Shown here: one piece after another, positions 19,842-29,247 of the stretch
Numbering within the stretch: the first letter of the stretch is position 1
How the letters are laid out: the number at the start of each line of letters is the position of its first letter
From: Alphaproteobacteria bacterium
GTDB taxonomy: Bacteria; Pseudomonadota; Alphaproteobacteria; UBA828
Direction: 5' to 3'
DNA length: 64,000 nucleotides
Assembly (NCBI GenBank): GCA_963422645.2
Contig: CAXXVO010000007.1
Coordinates: forward strand, 512,001 to 576,000
The notes under the pieces: generated by a model
The model's input: only the letters and a program-made list of their open reading frames with translations
Databases searched by the model: none
Told to the model about the DNA's origin: nothing
Translations under genes and position numbers: made by a program

Positions 19842-20990
19842 ATGAACATTGGGAAAAGGAAGAATGTACTGGTCGCCGGTCTGTTGGCGGTTTCCGCAAC
19901 AATGCTTGCGTTTTCTTCGGATAGTGGAGCTGAAGAATCGAGCTTGACGCCAGAACTCAGGGCTGAACTTCAGGCGTTGATAGACAGCTACCGGGGCGAG
20001 CCGGAGTTCGAGGCACCGGGAGATCCGATCGACATCAAGGCCGCTCTCGGCGGCAAGTTGATCTATGGAATCTCGGTGACGAGTGCCAATCCCTTTACCG
20101 AGGGTATTTACTCCAGCATCCGCGAACTCGAACCGATCATCGGCTTCGAGTTCAAGGACTGGCAGAATCAGGGATCGCTGGCCGAGCACCAGCGGGGGAT
20201 CAGCCAGGCCATCACCGATGGTGCTGCGATCATCGATCTTACCGGGGGCTCGGACCCGCGGCTCTTGGGTCCTCAACTTGCGGAAGCTCGCGAAGCGGGA
20301 ATCAAGGTGATGGATTCTCACGCGTCCGGCCTGACCCAGGGTATCTCGGCCAATGTCGACGCGACAGTGGGAGCGCCCTACGAAGTGTGTGGCCTCCTGC
20401 AAGCGGCATATACCGCGTTGCACTCCGAGGGCAATGCGCATGTGCTGATCATCAAGTCCGACGAGATCACGGGATCGCCGGTTCAGACCAAGGCTATCGT
20501 GGACGGGCTGGATAAGTACTGCCCGAACTGCAAGGTCTCGATTGCGAACGCGACCGTGGCGCAATGGGCGACGACAGTGCCTGCCGCGGTGCGGGGCGCG
20601 ATGTTGGCCGACCCGGAGCTGAACTACATCCTGCCGCTCTACGATCCGGAAACGCCCTACATCGTTCCGGTCCTCAGGCAATTGGCGGATCCCGGTACGG
20701 TTCACGTCGTCACCTATGCGGGGACGCCGTCGGTTCTCGATGAGATTGCCAAAGGCGACTACGTCCTGATGGATGTGGGCGAGAGCAACAAGCACATCGG
20801 ACTGTCACTCATTGACCTGGCCGCGCGACTCATGCTCGGTGAAGAAAGGCCCTCGGTCGATAGGAAGATACCGATGCGCATTTGGGATTCTTCGAACGTG
20901 GCCGAAGGCGGTACTCCCGCAGCGTACGGCGTTGGCTATGGGGATAAGGTCAGGCAAGGGTTCTTCAAGCTGTGGGGCCTCGAAGAATAA
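19842..20990 (+). CDS. Sugar-type (ribose family) ABC substrate-binding protein
   Basis: Signal peptide and periplasmic binding protein type I features; first gene of an ABC operon. Confidence 0.8.
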   Translation: MNIGKRKNVLVAGLLAVSATMLAFSSDSGAEESSLTPELRAELQALIDSYRGEPEFEAPGDPIDIKAALGGKLIYGISVTSANPFTEGIYSSIRELEPIIGFEFKDWQNQGSLAEHQRGISQAITDGAAIIDLTGGSDPRLLGPQLAEAREAGIKVMDSHASGLTQGISANVDATVGAPYEVCGLLQAAYTALHSEGNAHVLIIKSDEITGSPVQTKAIVDGLDKYCPNCKVSIANATVAQWATTVPAAVRGAMLADPELNYILPLYDPETPYIVPVLRQLADPGTVHVVTYAGTPSVLDEIAKGDYVLMDVGESNKHIGLSLIDLAARLMLGEERPSVDRKIPMRIWDSSNVAEGGTPAAYGVGYGDKVRQGFFKLWGLEE

Positions 20991-21032
20991 GCCCTAAGGC
21001 TTTGGTAAGGCGACCGATCGAGAATATCGGTC

Positions 21033-22610
21033 GTGGCTGTGGCTTCTGAAGTAGCGCTGGGGATCGAGAGTCTATCCAAGACGTTCGGAACAAACACCGT
21101 TCTCCGTGACGTTGGATTGGACCTCATCCCCGGCCAAATTCACGGTTTGCTCGGCGCGAACGGGTCGGGGAAGTCGACCCTCATAAGAATTCTATCCGGC
21201 TATCACGAGCCAGATCCCGGGGCGTCTGCCACGCTGTGGGGCTCGTCGCTCACCTTTCCCCTCAAACCGGGAGAGGCGCGCGGCCTTGGTTTGAGCTTCG
21301 TTCATCAGGACAAGGCCCTCATCCCGGAAATATCGATCCTGGAAAATCTCTTCGTGTCCGAAATCGCGTCGGGAAGGCGGAAGCAGTCGCGGAAGCAAAT
21401 GGCCCGCGCGACCAAGGAGATTCTGCAGCGATACGCGATCAACAATCGACCTGAGGATCCGGTGGCCACCCTGAGCCTGGGCGATCGCGCGCTGATCGCG
21501 ATAGCCAGGGCCATCAGGGAAGTATCGGGGCCGGACTCCGATGACCGCCGCGTATTGATTCTGGATGAGCCGACGGCGGCCATGAGTCTCGACGAGAAGC
21601 GCGATCTCTACCGAACCTTCGCCTCGCTTGCCGAGGCCGGACACGCGCTGATGCTCGTCTCCCATGACCTGGACGAGATCATGGAAGTGACCAGCGTCGC
21701 GACGGTCCTGCGCGATGGCGAGGCTGTCGGCACGGTCGAGACGGCGTCGACGGAGCCGTCCGAGATCGTGAGAATGATTGTGGGGCACAGTCTCGACAAG
21801 TCCGGGCCAAGAGCGGCCCGCTCGGTTGTAGAACCCCGCCTGATCGTCGCAAGTCTGAGCGCGTCCGGATTGGATGACGTTTCCTTCGAGGCGAGGGCTG
21901 GCGAGATCATCGGAGTCGCCGGGCTCGTCGGCTCCGGCTACGCCGACGTCAACGAAACCCTGTTCGGGCTGAAGGAAGACGCGTCGGGGGAGATCACTGT
22001 CGAAGGGCAACGCGCCGATCTCAAGCGTCACAAGCCCGACAGCGCGGTCAGGATGGGAATGGGCCTCGTTCCTCTCGAGCGGGACAAGGCCGGTATAGCG
22101 CTCGAACTCTCGGTAACCGACAATCTTACGGTCCAGCTTCTCAAGCCTCGCGCACGCGTAAATCCGTGGATCTCGCGACCCAAGCTCGGGGCGGCTGCCC
22201 GGGACACGGTTGCGCGATACGGGATCATAACGCCGGCCATGAACGCCCTGCTCAAGACGCTGAGCGGCGGAAACCGGCAGAAAGTCCTGGTCGCCAAGTG
22301 GCTCGCAGCGGGAAAGCGCGTTCTCTTGCTGGACGAGCCGACGCAGGCGGTGGACATCGCGGCGCATGAGGACATCCTGGACCTGCTCGACGCGTTCGCG
22401 AGCGACGGCGGCACTGTCCTCATCGCAAGCTCGGACTGGGAACAATTGGCCGAGATTTGCAACAGGGTTCTCGTCTTCGGCGGCGGCACCATACGGGCGG
22501 AGTTGAGCGGAGAAGGCGTGAACAAACGCTCCATCGGAGAGGCCTGCTACGAATGGGGATCTCGGGTGGCTTCAATGAACCGTCCGGTCCAAGCGGGCCT
22601 TTCGGCATGA
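21033..22610 (+). CDS. Sugar ABC transporter ATP-binding protein (two NBDs)
   Basis: GANGSGKS, ILDEPT, LSGGNRQK, LLDEPT. Confidence 0.92.
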   Translation: MAVASEVALGIESLSKTFGTNTVLRDVGLDLIPGQIHGLLGANGSGKSTLIRILSGYHEPDPGASATLWGSSLTFPLKPGEARGLGLSFVHQDKALIPEISILENLFVSEIASGRRKQSRKQMARATKEILQRYAINNRPEDPVATLSLGDRALIAIARAIREVSGPDSDDRRVLILDEPTAAMSLDEKRDLYRTFASLAEAGHALMLVSHDLDEIMEVTSVATVLRDGEAVGTVETASTEPSEIVRMIVGHSLDKSGPRAARSVVEPRLIVASLSASGLDDVSFEARAGEIIGVAGLVGSGYADVNETLFGLKEDASGEITVEGQRADLKRHKPDSAVRMGMGLVPLERDKAGIALELSVTDNLTVQLLKPRARVNPWISRPKLGAAARDTVARYGIITPAMNALLKTLSGGNRQKVLVAKWLAAGKRVLLLDEPTQAVDIAAHEDILDLLDAFASDGGTVLIASSDWEQLAEICNRVLVFGGGTIRAELSGEGVNKRSIGEACYEWGSRVASMNRPVQAGLSA

Positions 22611-22644
22611 CCATGCCGATGCCCTCACGCGCAATGGTGCGACC

Positions 22645-23673
22645 GTGGAGGTAGCTCGGCTCGACTACGGCCAACTCTTGCGGCGGCTCTCGGTGCCGCT
22701 CTGTTTTTTAGCCATCATCATATTTTTCGGCGTCATGGCCCCCAACGCGTTTCTCGTTCCGAGGACGCTAACATCCATTCTGGCCTCCGCCGCGCCGATC
22801 GTCGTCCTCACCATCGCTACGGTGGTCACCCTTAGAGGCGGCGATTACGACCTGTCGGTAGCCGCCGCCATGACTCTGTCGAGCAATATCGTCGGTGTTC
22901 TCAACATAAAGTACGGCATGGACATCGGGCCGGCGATCGGGATTGCCATTGCAATGGCGGTCGCCGTGGGGCTGGTCAACGCTTTCTTCTGCATCTTGGT
23001 GGGTATCGACAGTTTCATTATGACATTGGGCATGGGAACAATCTTGGCCGGAATTGTACTATGGATTGGTAATTCGAACTCCTATACAGGCCTCTCCGAC
23101 TGGTTGGTGGTCCTGATAACCAATCGCGACATTGGTGGTCTGCCATTTAGCTTCTACATTGCGGTCGCAGTCTCGCTACTTGTCTGGCTCGTCTTTGAAT
23201 TCACGCCGGTGGGGCGTCAACACCTGTTTGTGGGTAAATCGAGAGAAGTCTCGAAGCTCAATGGTATCGCGGTCGGTCGGGTTCGGACGCTGTCTTTCGT
23301 GTCCTGCAGCGTTCTAGCCGCCGTTGCGGGCATCATGTATGCGGGCGCGGCTGGCGGCGTCGACCCTACGTCGGCGCTCACCATGCTTCTTCCCGCCTTC
23401 GCTGCGGCATTTCTCGGATCCACCACGATCATGCCGGGTCAGTTCAATCCCTGGGGTGCCTTCCTGTCCGTGTATTTTCTCGTCACCGGCATAACGGGGT
23501 TGGCCATCCTCGGATTGCCGACGTTCGTGCAAAGCTTCTTCTACGGCGGGGCACTCATCATCGCCGTGTCGCTTGCTCAATTGAGCAGAACCGGCGGCGG
23601 CAATTTGAGGCGGCGCATGCTGCGTGTCCGGCGCAGTCGCGGAGACGAGCCGACCGCCTCTTCTGGAGAATAG
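22645..23673 (+). CDS. Sugar ABC transporter permease
   Basis: GDYDLSV, SFIMTLG, multiple TM helices. Confidence 0.9.
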   Translation: MEVARLDYGQLLRRLSVPLCFLAIIIFFGVMAPNAFLVPRTLTSILASAAPIVVLTIATVVTLRGGDYDLSVAAAMTLSSNIVGVLNIKYGMDIGPAIGIAIAMAVAVGLVNAFFCILVGIDSFIMTLGMGTILAGIVLWIGNSNSYTGLSDWLVVLITNRDIGGLPFSFYIAVAVSLLVWLVFEFTPVGRQHLFVGKSREVSKLNGIAVGRVRTLSFVSCSVLAAVAGIMYAGAAGGVDPTSALTMLLPAFAAAFLGSTTIMPGQFNPWGAFLSVYFLVTGITGLAILGLPTFVQSFFYGGALIIAVSLAQLSRTGGGNLRRRMLRVRRSRGDEPTASSGE

Positions 23674-23712
23674 CCAGTTGAGAGTCGGCCTTCGACAAGA
23701 GGAATCGCAGCA

Positions 23713-25062
23713 ATGGCAATAGGCAACTCCGTCAAGGAGACTGAGCGCTATCTCGACGTGATCGAGCGCTTCAACCCCGAACTCAATGCGGTGCTGACCG
23801 TAACGCCGGAGATGGCGCTCGACATGGCGCACCAGGCCGACCGGGCCGCTGAGGACGGGGAGTGGCTGGGCCTGCTGCACGGCGTGCCAATGCTGGTGAA
23901 GGACTGCCTCAACGTTGCGGGCACCCGGACGACGTTCGGCTCGGGGATGTATCGCGACAACATCGCCAATGCTGATTCCGAAGTCGTCCGGCGGATCCGA
24001 GGGTCGGGCCCAGTCTTTCTCGGCAAGACGAACCTGCCAGAATTCTGCTACGGCGCGACCACCCACAACGTTCACTACGGCAATTGCGTGAACCCCTGGG
24101 ACACAACCCGCGTGCCCGGAGGCTCGAGCGGAGGCACCGCAGCGGCACTGGCGTCGGGCATGTGCCGGATCGCATTCGGGTCTGATACCGGCGGCTCGGT
24201 CCGGGGGCCATCGTCTCTTTGCGGCATCTCGGGCATCCGCCCGACCGTGGGCCGCATCCCCAACACCAATGCCCTGGCGCTCACGATCCACGCCGACACG
24301 ATCGGCATGATGGCGCGGACGGTGGCGGACGTGGCCAGGGGCTTTGCTGCGGTCGCTGGCTACGATCCGGACGATTCATTGAGCGAAGACGTGCCTGTCC
24401 TCAATTTTTTGCCGACCCTCAGGGACGGCATAGAGAACACGAGAGTCGGTATCCCGACCTCATTCTTCTTCGAGAATTGCGAGCCGGACGTTGTCGCGCG
24501 CGTCATGGAGGCCGCAAAGGTTATCGAAGCCTGCGGTGCCACCCTGGTCGACATCGACATCGAAGGCGCTGAAGAGGCGCGGGTGGCCACCGGCCCCACT
24601 ATGCTCGCGATGGACATGGCGGACATGCATCGCGACGGCCTGCAGAACCATCCGGAAGAGTACGGTGATGAGGTCTTGAGGCGCCTTCGCGCCGGCGAGC
24701 CATTCAAGGGAACGGACTACGCGCACGCGCTGAGAATTCTGATCCGGTGGAAGCACCAGTTCAAACGGGTTTTCCAGGATGTCGACATGCTGCTGACGCC
24801 GACCACGCCGATGGTTGCGCCGAAGTGGACGGACGCAGAGGACCTGCAGAGGGCGACCCATTCCATCCTGCGCAATTGCGTTGGCCTCGGCTACGCGGGC
24901 CTGCCCGGTCTCAACGTTCCTGTCGGCCTGGACTCGCAGGGCATGCCGGTCGGCATGCAGCTCGTGGCAAAGTGGTTCGACGAGCCGCTGCTGTTCCGCG
25001 CCGGCGTCGCCTACCAGGAGCGCACCGAGTTTCACAAGCTGAGACCGAAGCTCTCGGCATAA
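23713..25062 (+). CDS. Amidase signature family enzyme
   Basis: LHGVPMLVKD, GKTNLPEF, PGGSSGG, GSDTGGSVR (Ser-cisSer-Lys triad). Confidence 0.93.
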   Translation: MAIGNSVKETERYLDVIERFNPELNAVLTVTPEMALDMAHQADRAAEDGEWLGLLHGVPMLVKDCLNVAGTRTTFGSGMYRDNIANADSEVVRRIRGSGPVFLGKTNLPEFCYGATTHNVHYGNCVNPWDTTRVPGGSSGGTAAALASGMCRIAFGSDTGGSVRGPSSLCGISGIRPTVGRIPNTNALALTIHADTIGMMARTVADVARGFAAVAGYDPDDSLSEDVPVLNFLPTLRDGIENTRVGIPTSFFFENCEPDVVARVMEAAKVIEACGATLVDIDIEGAEEARVATGPTMLAMDMADMHRDGLQNHPEEYGDEVLRRLRAGEPFKGTDYAHALRILIRWKHQFKRVFQDVDMLLTPTTPMVAPKWTDAEDLQRATHSILRNCVGLGYAGLPGLNVPVGLDSQGMPVGMQLVAKWFDEPLLFRAGVAYQERTEFHKLRPKLSA

Positions 25063-25120
25063 ACTGCCAGGGCGGGAATCGTCAGCTCAGCACCCGGTTG
25101 TCTTGCTCTGGCCGTCTCGT

Positions 25121-26047
25121 TCAGAGTCCGACCTCTCCGCCCACCGTCTTGTTCGACCCGAACGGCACTCTCTTGCGGAAGTCCGCCGCCATCTCGGCGT
25201 GGGTCACCATCCTGACACCGCGATGCCGCAAAATATGGTCGATGAGCCGCTCCAGCGCCAACATGAGGTGCGGCTTGGCTGCAGCATCCGGGTGTAGCGC
25301 CAACGGGTAAATGGCGTAGTCGTGGTTGCGGTAAATCCAGTCGAAGTAGTCGATCCAAATCTGACCGAGTTGTTGACCCGTGATCCAACCGTGACTGTTG
25401 GGTGCGGTCTTGACGAACATCGTGGGCGGCGCGTCGTCCAAGTGCCAACTGAGAGGAATTTCGACGATGTCGACTTCTTCCCCCGCTATCCAAGGCTTCA
25501 TCCAATCAGCAGCATTCTTGGTATAGTCGATTTTTGTCCAGCTGTCTCCCGTCCGCAGATAGTAAGGGAAACAGTCTTCTTCCATCATGCTGAACTCGTG
25601 CGAAAAGCCGCGTTCTAGCAACAAATCTACAGTAATATTAGTGAATTCTGCCCACGGTGTCGCATACCCTTTGGGGTCCTTACCGGTCAAACCTCGACAA
25701 AGTTCGATACTCTTGTCGAGAACATCCCTCTCTTGCTCGGGGCTCATCGCGAGCGGGTTCTCGTGAGAATAGCCGTGCACGCCTATTTCGTGGCCGTCTT
25801 TTGCGATCATCTCGGCGGCTCTTGGAAAACTCTCTATCGAGTGCCCCGTGATATGCCACGTCGTCGTGATCCCGTAGCGCCTGAAGAACTCCAGCAGGCG
25901 TGGGACGCCGCGCTTTGCGGCAAAAACACCACGCGAAATATCACAGGGTGAGTCTGCGCCGCCAAACGAGCCGAGCCAAAGGGATACGGCATCGAAGTGA
26001 GGATTAAAACAAACCTGTATATCCTTATCCTTAAATTCCGTCGTCAT
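25121..26047 (-). CDS. Polysaccharide deacetylase (CE4) family, PuuE/HpPgdA-like hydrolase
   Basis: FDAVS, GVPRLL, HEIGVHGYSHE, LDDAP, LHPD; ATG at 26047. Confidence 0.88.
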   Translation of the reverse strand: MTTEFKDKDIQVCFNPHFDAVSLWLGSFGGADSPCDISRGVFAAKRGVPRLLEFFRRYGITTTWHITGHSIESFPRAAEMIAKDGHEIGVHGYSHENPLAMSPEQERDVLDKSIELCRGLTGKDPKGYATPWAEFTNITVDLLLERGFSHEFSMMEEDCFPYYLRTGDSWTKIDYTKNAADWMKPWIAGEEVDIVEIPLSWHLDDAPPTMFVKTAPNSHGWITGQQLGQIWIDYFDWIYRNHDYAIYPLALHPDAAAKPHLMLALERLIDHILRHRGVRMVTHAEMAADFRKRVPFGSNKTVGGEVGL

Positions 26048-26464
26048 CGCATCCTCCTCAGCATTGATAACTTTCTTCAACGGCAACTCTAACGACGTAG
26101 GTGTAACCCGGCAAGGCTCAAGTCCAAACGCGCCGCTTGTGGCTGTTGGAACGCGCGATTTCGGAGGGCTCAGGGGCAGACTTAACCGTATCGGCCAACC
26201 GGCGATCGGCGAGGGGAATGTGGGGCTTCGCGCTGGCCGTGAGGGATGTCGGACGAGCCTTTCCGCCCACTGGTGACGTCGTCGTTCTGCCGGCGGCACC
26301 CACCTCCACTCATGGATGTACATCGTGAACGAGCGAGGCGCCCAGGGCCTGCGCTTGTTCGAGGAAACGCCGCTGCCTATGATTGCGGTGCCGGGACTGG
26401 ATGCGCGTTTGGCAACGGTCAACGACAAGAATGCGCGCGGGTCCGGCGGAACAAAGGGGAGGCT

Positions 26465-27592
26465 ATGGAAATGAGAAGATACTTGCGCAATGCGGCGCTT
26501 GGGGCTGCGGCACTGGCGTTTCTCGCGGGCGGCTTGGCGCCGGTGGGGTCCGCCACTGCGGATGAGAAGGTCAAGGTTTATGTGAGCCTGGGTTTCGAGG
26601 GCAACACCTGGATGGATGCGTCCACCAACCTGCTGAGCTCGATAGCAGGGACCATGGACTACAAGGACCGGGTGGATATCGAAATCCAGTCCGCGCGCGG
26701 CAATGCGCAGACCCAGATCCAGCAGATCAACGCGATGGTGCAGGCGGGTGCGCAAGTCATCGTCGCGTGGGCAATCTCGCCGACGGCGCTCAACCGCGCG
26801 ATCCGTAACGCGTGCCGGCGGGACGTGATCTTCATCACCTTCGACGCCCAGGTCACCGAGCCTTGCGCCCATCACGTCGGCATCAATCAGGATTGGGCCG
26901 GCGCGGGGCCGGCCGAATGGCTGGCAGAGGAGCTTGGCGGCAAGGGCAACATCGTCTTCATGGGTGGCATCCCCGGCAACATGGTCGACCTGCGGCGGAA
27001 TTCCGCGGCCAAGGCGGTGTTCGCCGATTTCACCGACATCACGATCATCGCCGACACGCCGAGCATGTGGAACAACGCCACAGCGAAGCAGAAGCTCACC
27101 GAGATCGTGGCGACCCACGGTTGGGACAAGATCGACGGGCTGTGGACCCAGACGGGCTGCTACGTCTTCACCCAGATGCAGGTGGACGAGGGCCGGGGCG
27201 ATCAGCTCAAGCCCTGCGCGGGCAACGGCACCAACGGTCACCGCGTGGCCCAGCTCGCGCCGGGAACGACCGAGGGCGCCTACGGGCTGCGCAGCGCCTC
27301 CATGGGCTCGCCGCCCTGGGCCGCGCCCTTTGCCTTCAAGCTCGCGATGGCGAAGTTCGACGGCGCCGTGATTCCGCGCGTCCACGAGATCCCGATGCCC
27401 CTGGTCACGCCGGGGCAGACGGAGCTCTGCGACACGGCGGACAAGGCCGAGCTCACCGCCAAGGAGTGGTCCTGCAATGCGGTGCCGCTCTCCGTCGCGC
27501 CCTCCAACTACTTCATCGACGTGTGGCATTCCGAAGTGCCCGAGCTGGACGTCTATTCCGCGCTCGAGGGCATGGTGCCCGACGGTAGCTGA
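26465..27592 (+). CDS. Sugar-type ABC substrate-binding protein
   Basis: Signal peptide; GFEGNTW, QIQQINAMV; paralog of 37307..38431. Confidence 0.87.
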   Translation: MEMRRYLRNAALGAAALAFLAGGLAPVGSATADEKVKVYVSLGFEGNTWMDASTNLLSSIAGTMDYKDRVDIEIQSARGNAQTQIQQINAMVQAGAQVIVAWAISPTALNRAIRNACRRDVIFITFDAQVTEPCAHHVGINQDWAGAGPAEWLAEELGGKGNIVFMGGIPGNMVDLRRNSAAKAVFADFTDITIIADTPSMWNNATAKQKLTEIVATHGWDKIDGLWTQTGCYVFTQMQVDEGRGDQLKPCAGNGTNGHRVAQLAPGTTEGAYGLRSASMGSPPWAAPFAFKLAMAKFDGAVIPRVHEIPMPLVTPGQTELCDTADKAELTAKEWSCNAVPLSVAPSNYFIDVWHSEVPELDVYSALEGMVPDGS

Positions 27593-27723
27593 TCCCCACG
27601 GGCGAGCAACGGCTCTGAGTCGGGCCGGTCCCGGCAGGATCGGAGGCGTAAGGGGCGCGGCGCTGGCCGCTGCGCCCCCTTCTCCCGGCATGACCGGCCG
27701 GCGGCGGCGCGCAGAAGCCGGCC

Positions 27724-29247
27724 ATGAATGAGCAGGCGCCGGCGGTCGAGACCCGCGGCCTGAGCAAGGCGTTCGGCGCGACCGTCGCGCTCGACGACGT
27801 CTCGCTCGCCATTCCGCGCGGCGAGGTCCATGCGCTCCTCGGCGAGAACGGCGCGGGCAAGTCGACGCTGGTCAAGATCCTGAGCGGTCTCAGCCGGCCG
27901 GATGCCGGCGAGATCGCCCTCTTCGACAGCCCCGCACACATCCATACGCCGAAGGATTCTCACCGGCTCGGCATCCAGACCGCCTATCAGGAGATCTCGC
28001 TGGTCGGCGACCTCACGGTCGTGCAGAACATGCTGCTACCCTACGAGCCGACCGGCCCCAGCGGGCAAATCAGGCGGCGCGAGTCGGAGCGGCACGTGCG
28101 GCGCGCCCTCGCCGACCTCGGCCTCGACGATATCGATCTCCACGCCGAGGTGCGGACCCTGGCGCTGCCGACGCAGCAGAAGATCGAGATTGCGCGCGCC
28201 GTCTCTCGCAAGCCGCAGTTGCTGCTGCTGGACGAGCCCACCTCGTCCCTCTCCGGCAACGACGTGCAGTGGCTCGGCGCGCTCTTTGAGCGGCTGCGCG
28301 CGGAGGGGACCACCATCGTCTTCATCTCGCACCGGATGCCGGAGGTGCGCGACTTCTGCGACAGCCTGACGATCCTGCGCAACGGCCGCATGGTGGGGAG
28401 CTTCAGGTCCGACGAAATCTCCGACGACCGCATGATCGAGCTGGTGATCGGGCGCTCGCTCGCGGCGACCTTCCCGCCCAAGCCGGCGCAGCTGGCAAAG
28501 CGCGGCGAGGCGCCGATTCTGGCCGGCGATGGACTGGCCATCGAAGGCGGCGTGCAGGACTTCTCCTTCGACCTCTGGCCCGGCGAGATACTGGGCGTCG
28601 GCGGGCTGGAAGGCATGGGCCAGCGCGACCTCTTCCTCGCGCTCTTCGGCATGGTCGGGCTCAGTGCGGGCGACATCCGGATCGGCGGCCAGCGGGTGAC
28701 CCTGCGGACACCGAAGGACGCCGTGAACAGCCGCATCGGCATCAGCTTCGTGCCGGAGGACCGCAAGACCGAGGCGCTCTTCCTCGCGCTGACGGGGCGG
28801 GAGAACATCTCGCTTCCGATCATCGAGCGCTGCGTGCGCTTCGGCCTCGTGGACCTGGAGCAGGAAGCGCAGGCGGTGGGCCGGGCGCTCGACATGGTGC
28901 AGGTCGACCGGCGGGCGCTCTATAGCGCCTGCAACGTCTTCAGCGGCGGCAACCAGCAGAAGATCGCCATCGCCAAGTGGCTGCTCGCCGAGAGCCGCGT
29001 GCTGCTCATGTACGACCCGACGCGCGGGGTCGATGTCGGCACCAAGGCCGAGATCTACGCCCTCGTGCGGGCATACGCGGACGCCGGCGGGGCGGTGCTC
29101 TACTACTCCACCGACGTGCCGGAGCTCGTGAACCTCTGTGACTCCGTGATGGTGATCTACCGCGGCCGCAAGGCGGCCTCGCTCAGCGGGGCCGAGATCA
29201 CCGAGGCCAGCATCATGCGCGCGGCGCTCGGCGAGGGCTCCCGATGA
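27724..29247 (+). CDS. Sugar ABC transporter ATP-binding protein
   Basis: GENGAGKS, LLDEPT, FSGGNQQK, YDPTRGVDVG. Confidence 0.93.
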   Translation: MNEQAPAVETRGLSKAFGATVALDDVSLAIPRGEVHALLGENGAGKSTLVKILSGLSRPDAGEIALFDSPAHIHTPKDSHRLGIQTAYQEISLVGDLTVVQNMLLPYEPTGPSGQIRRRESERHVRRALADLGLDDIDLHAEVRTLALPTQQKIEIARAVSRKPQLLLLDEPTSSLSGNDVQWLGALFERLRAEGTTIVFISHRMPEVRDFCDSLTILRNGRMVGSFRSDEISDDRMIELVIGRSLAATFPPKPAQLAKRGEAPILAGDGLAIEGGVQDFSFDLWPGEILGVGGLEGMGQRDLFLALFGMVGLSAGDIRIGGQRVTLRTPKDAVNSRIGISFVPEDRKTEALFLALTGRENISLPIIERCVRFGLVDLEQEAQAVGRALDMVQVDRRALYSACNVFSGGNQQKIAIAKWLLAESRVLLMYDPTRGVDVGTKAEIYALVRAYADAGGAVLYYSTDVPELVNLCDSVMVIYRGRKAASLSGAEITEASIMRAALGEGSR

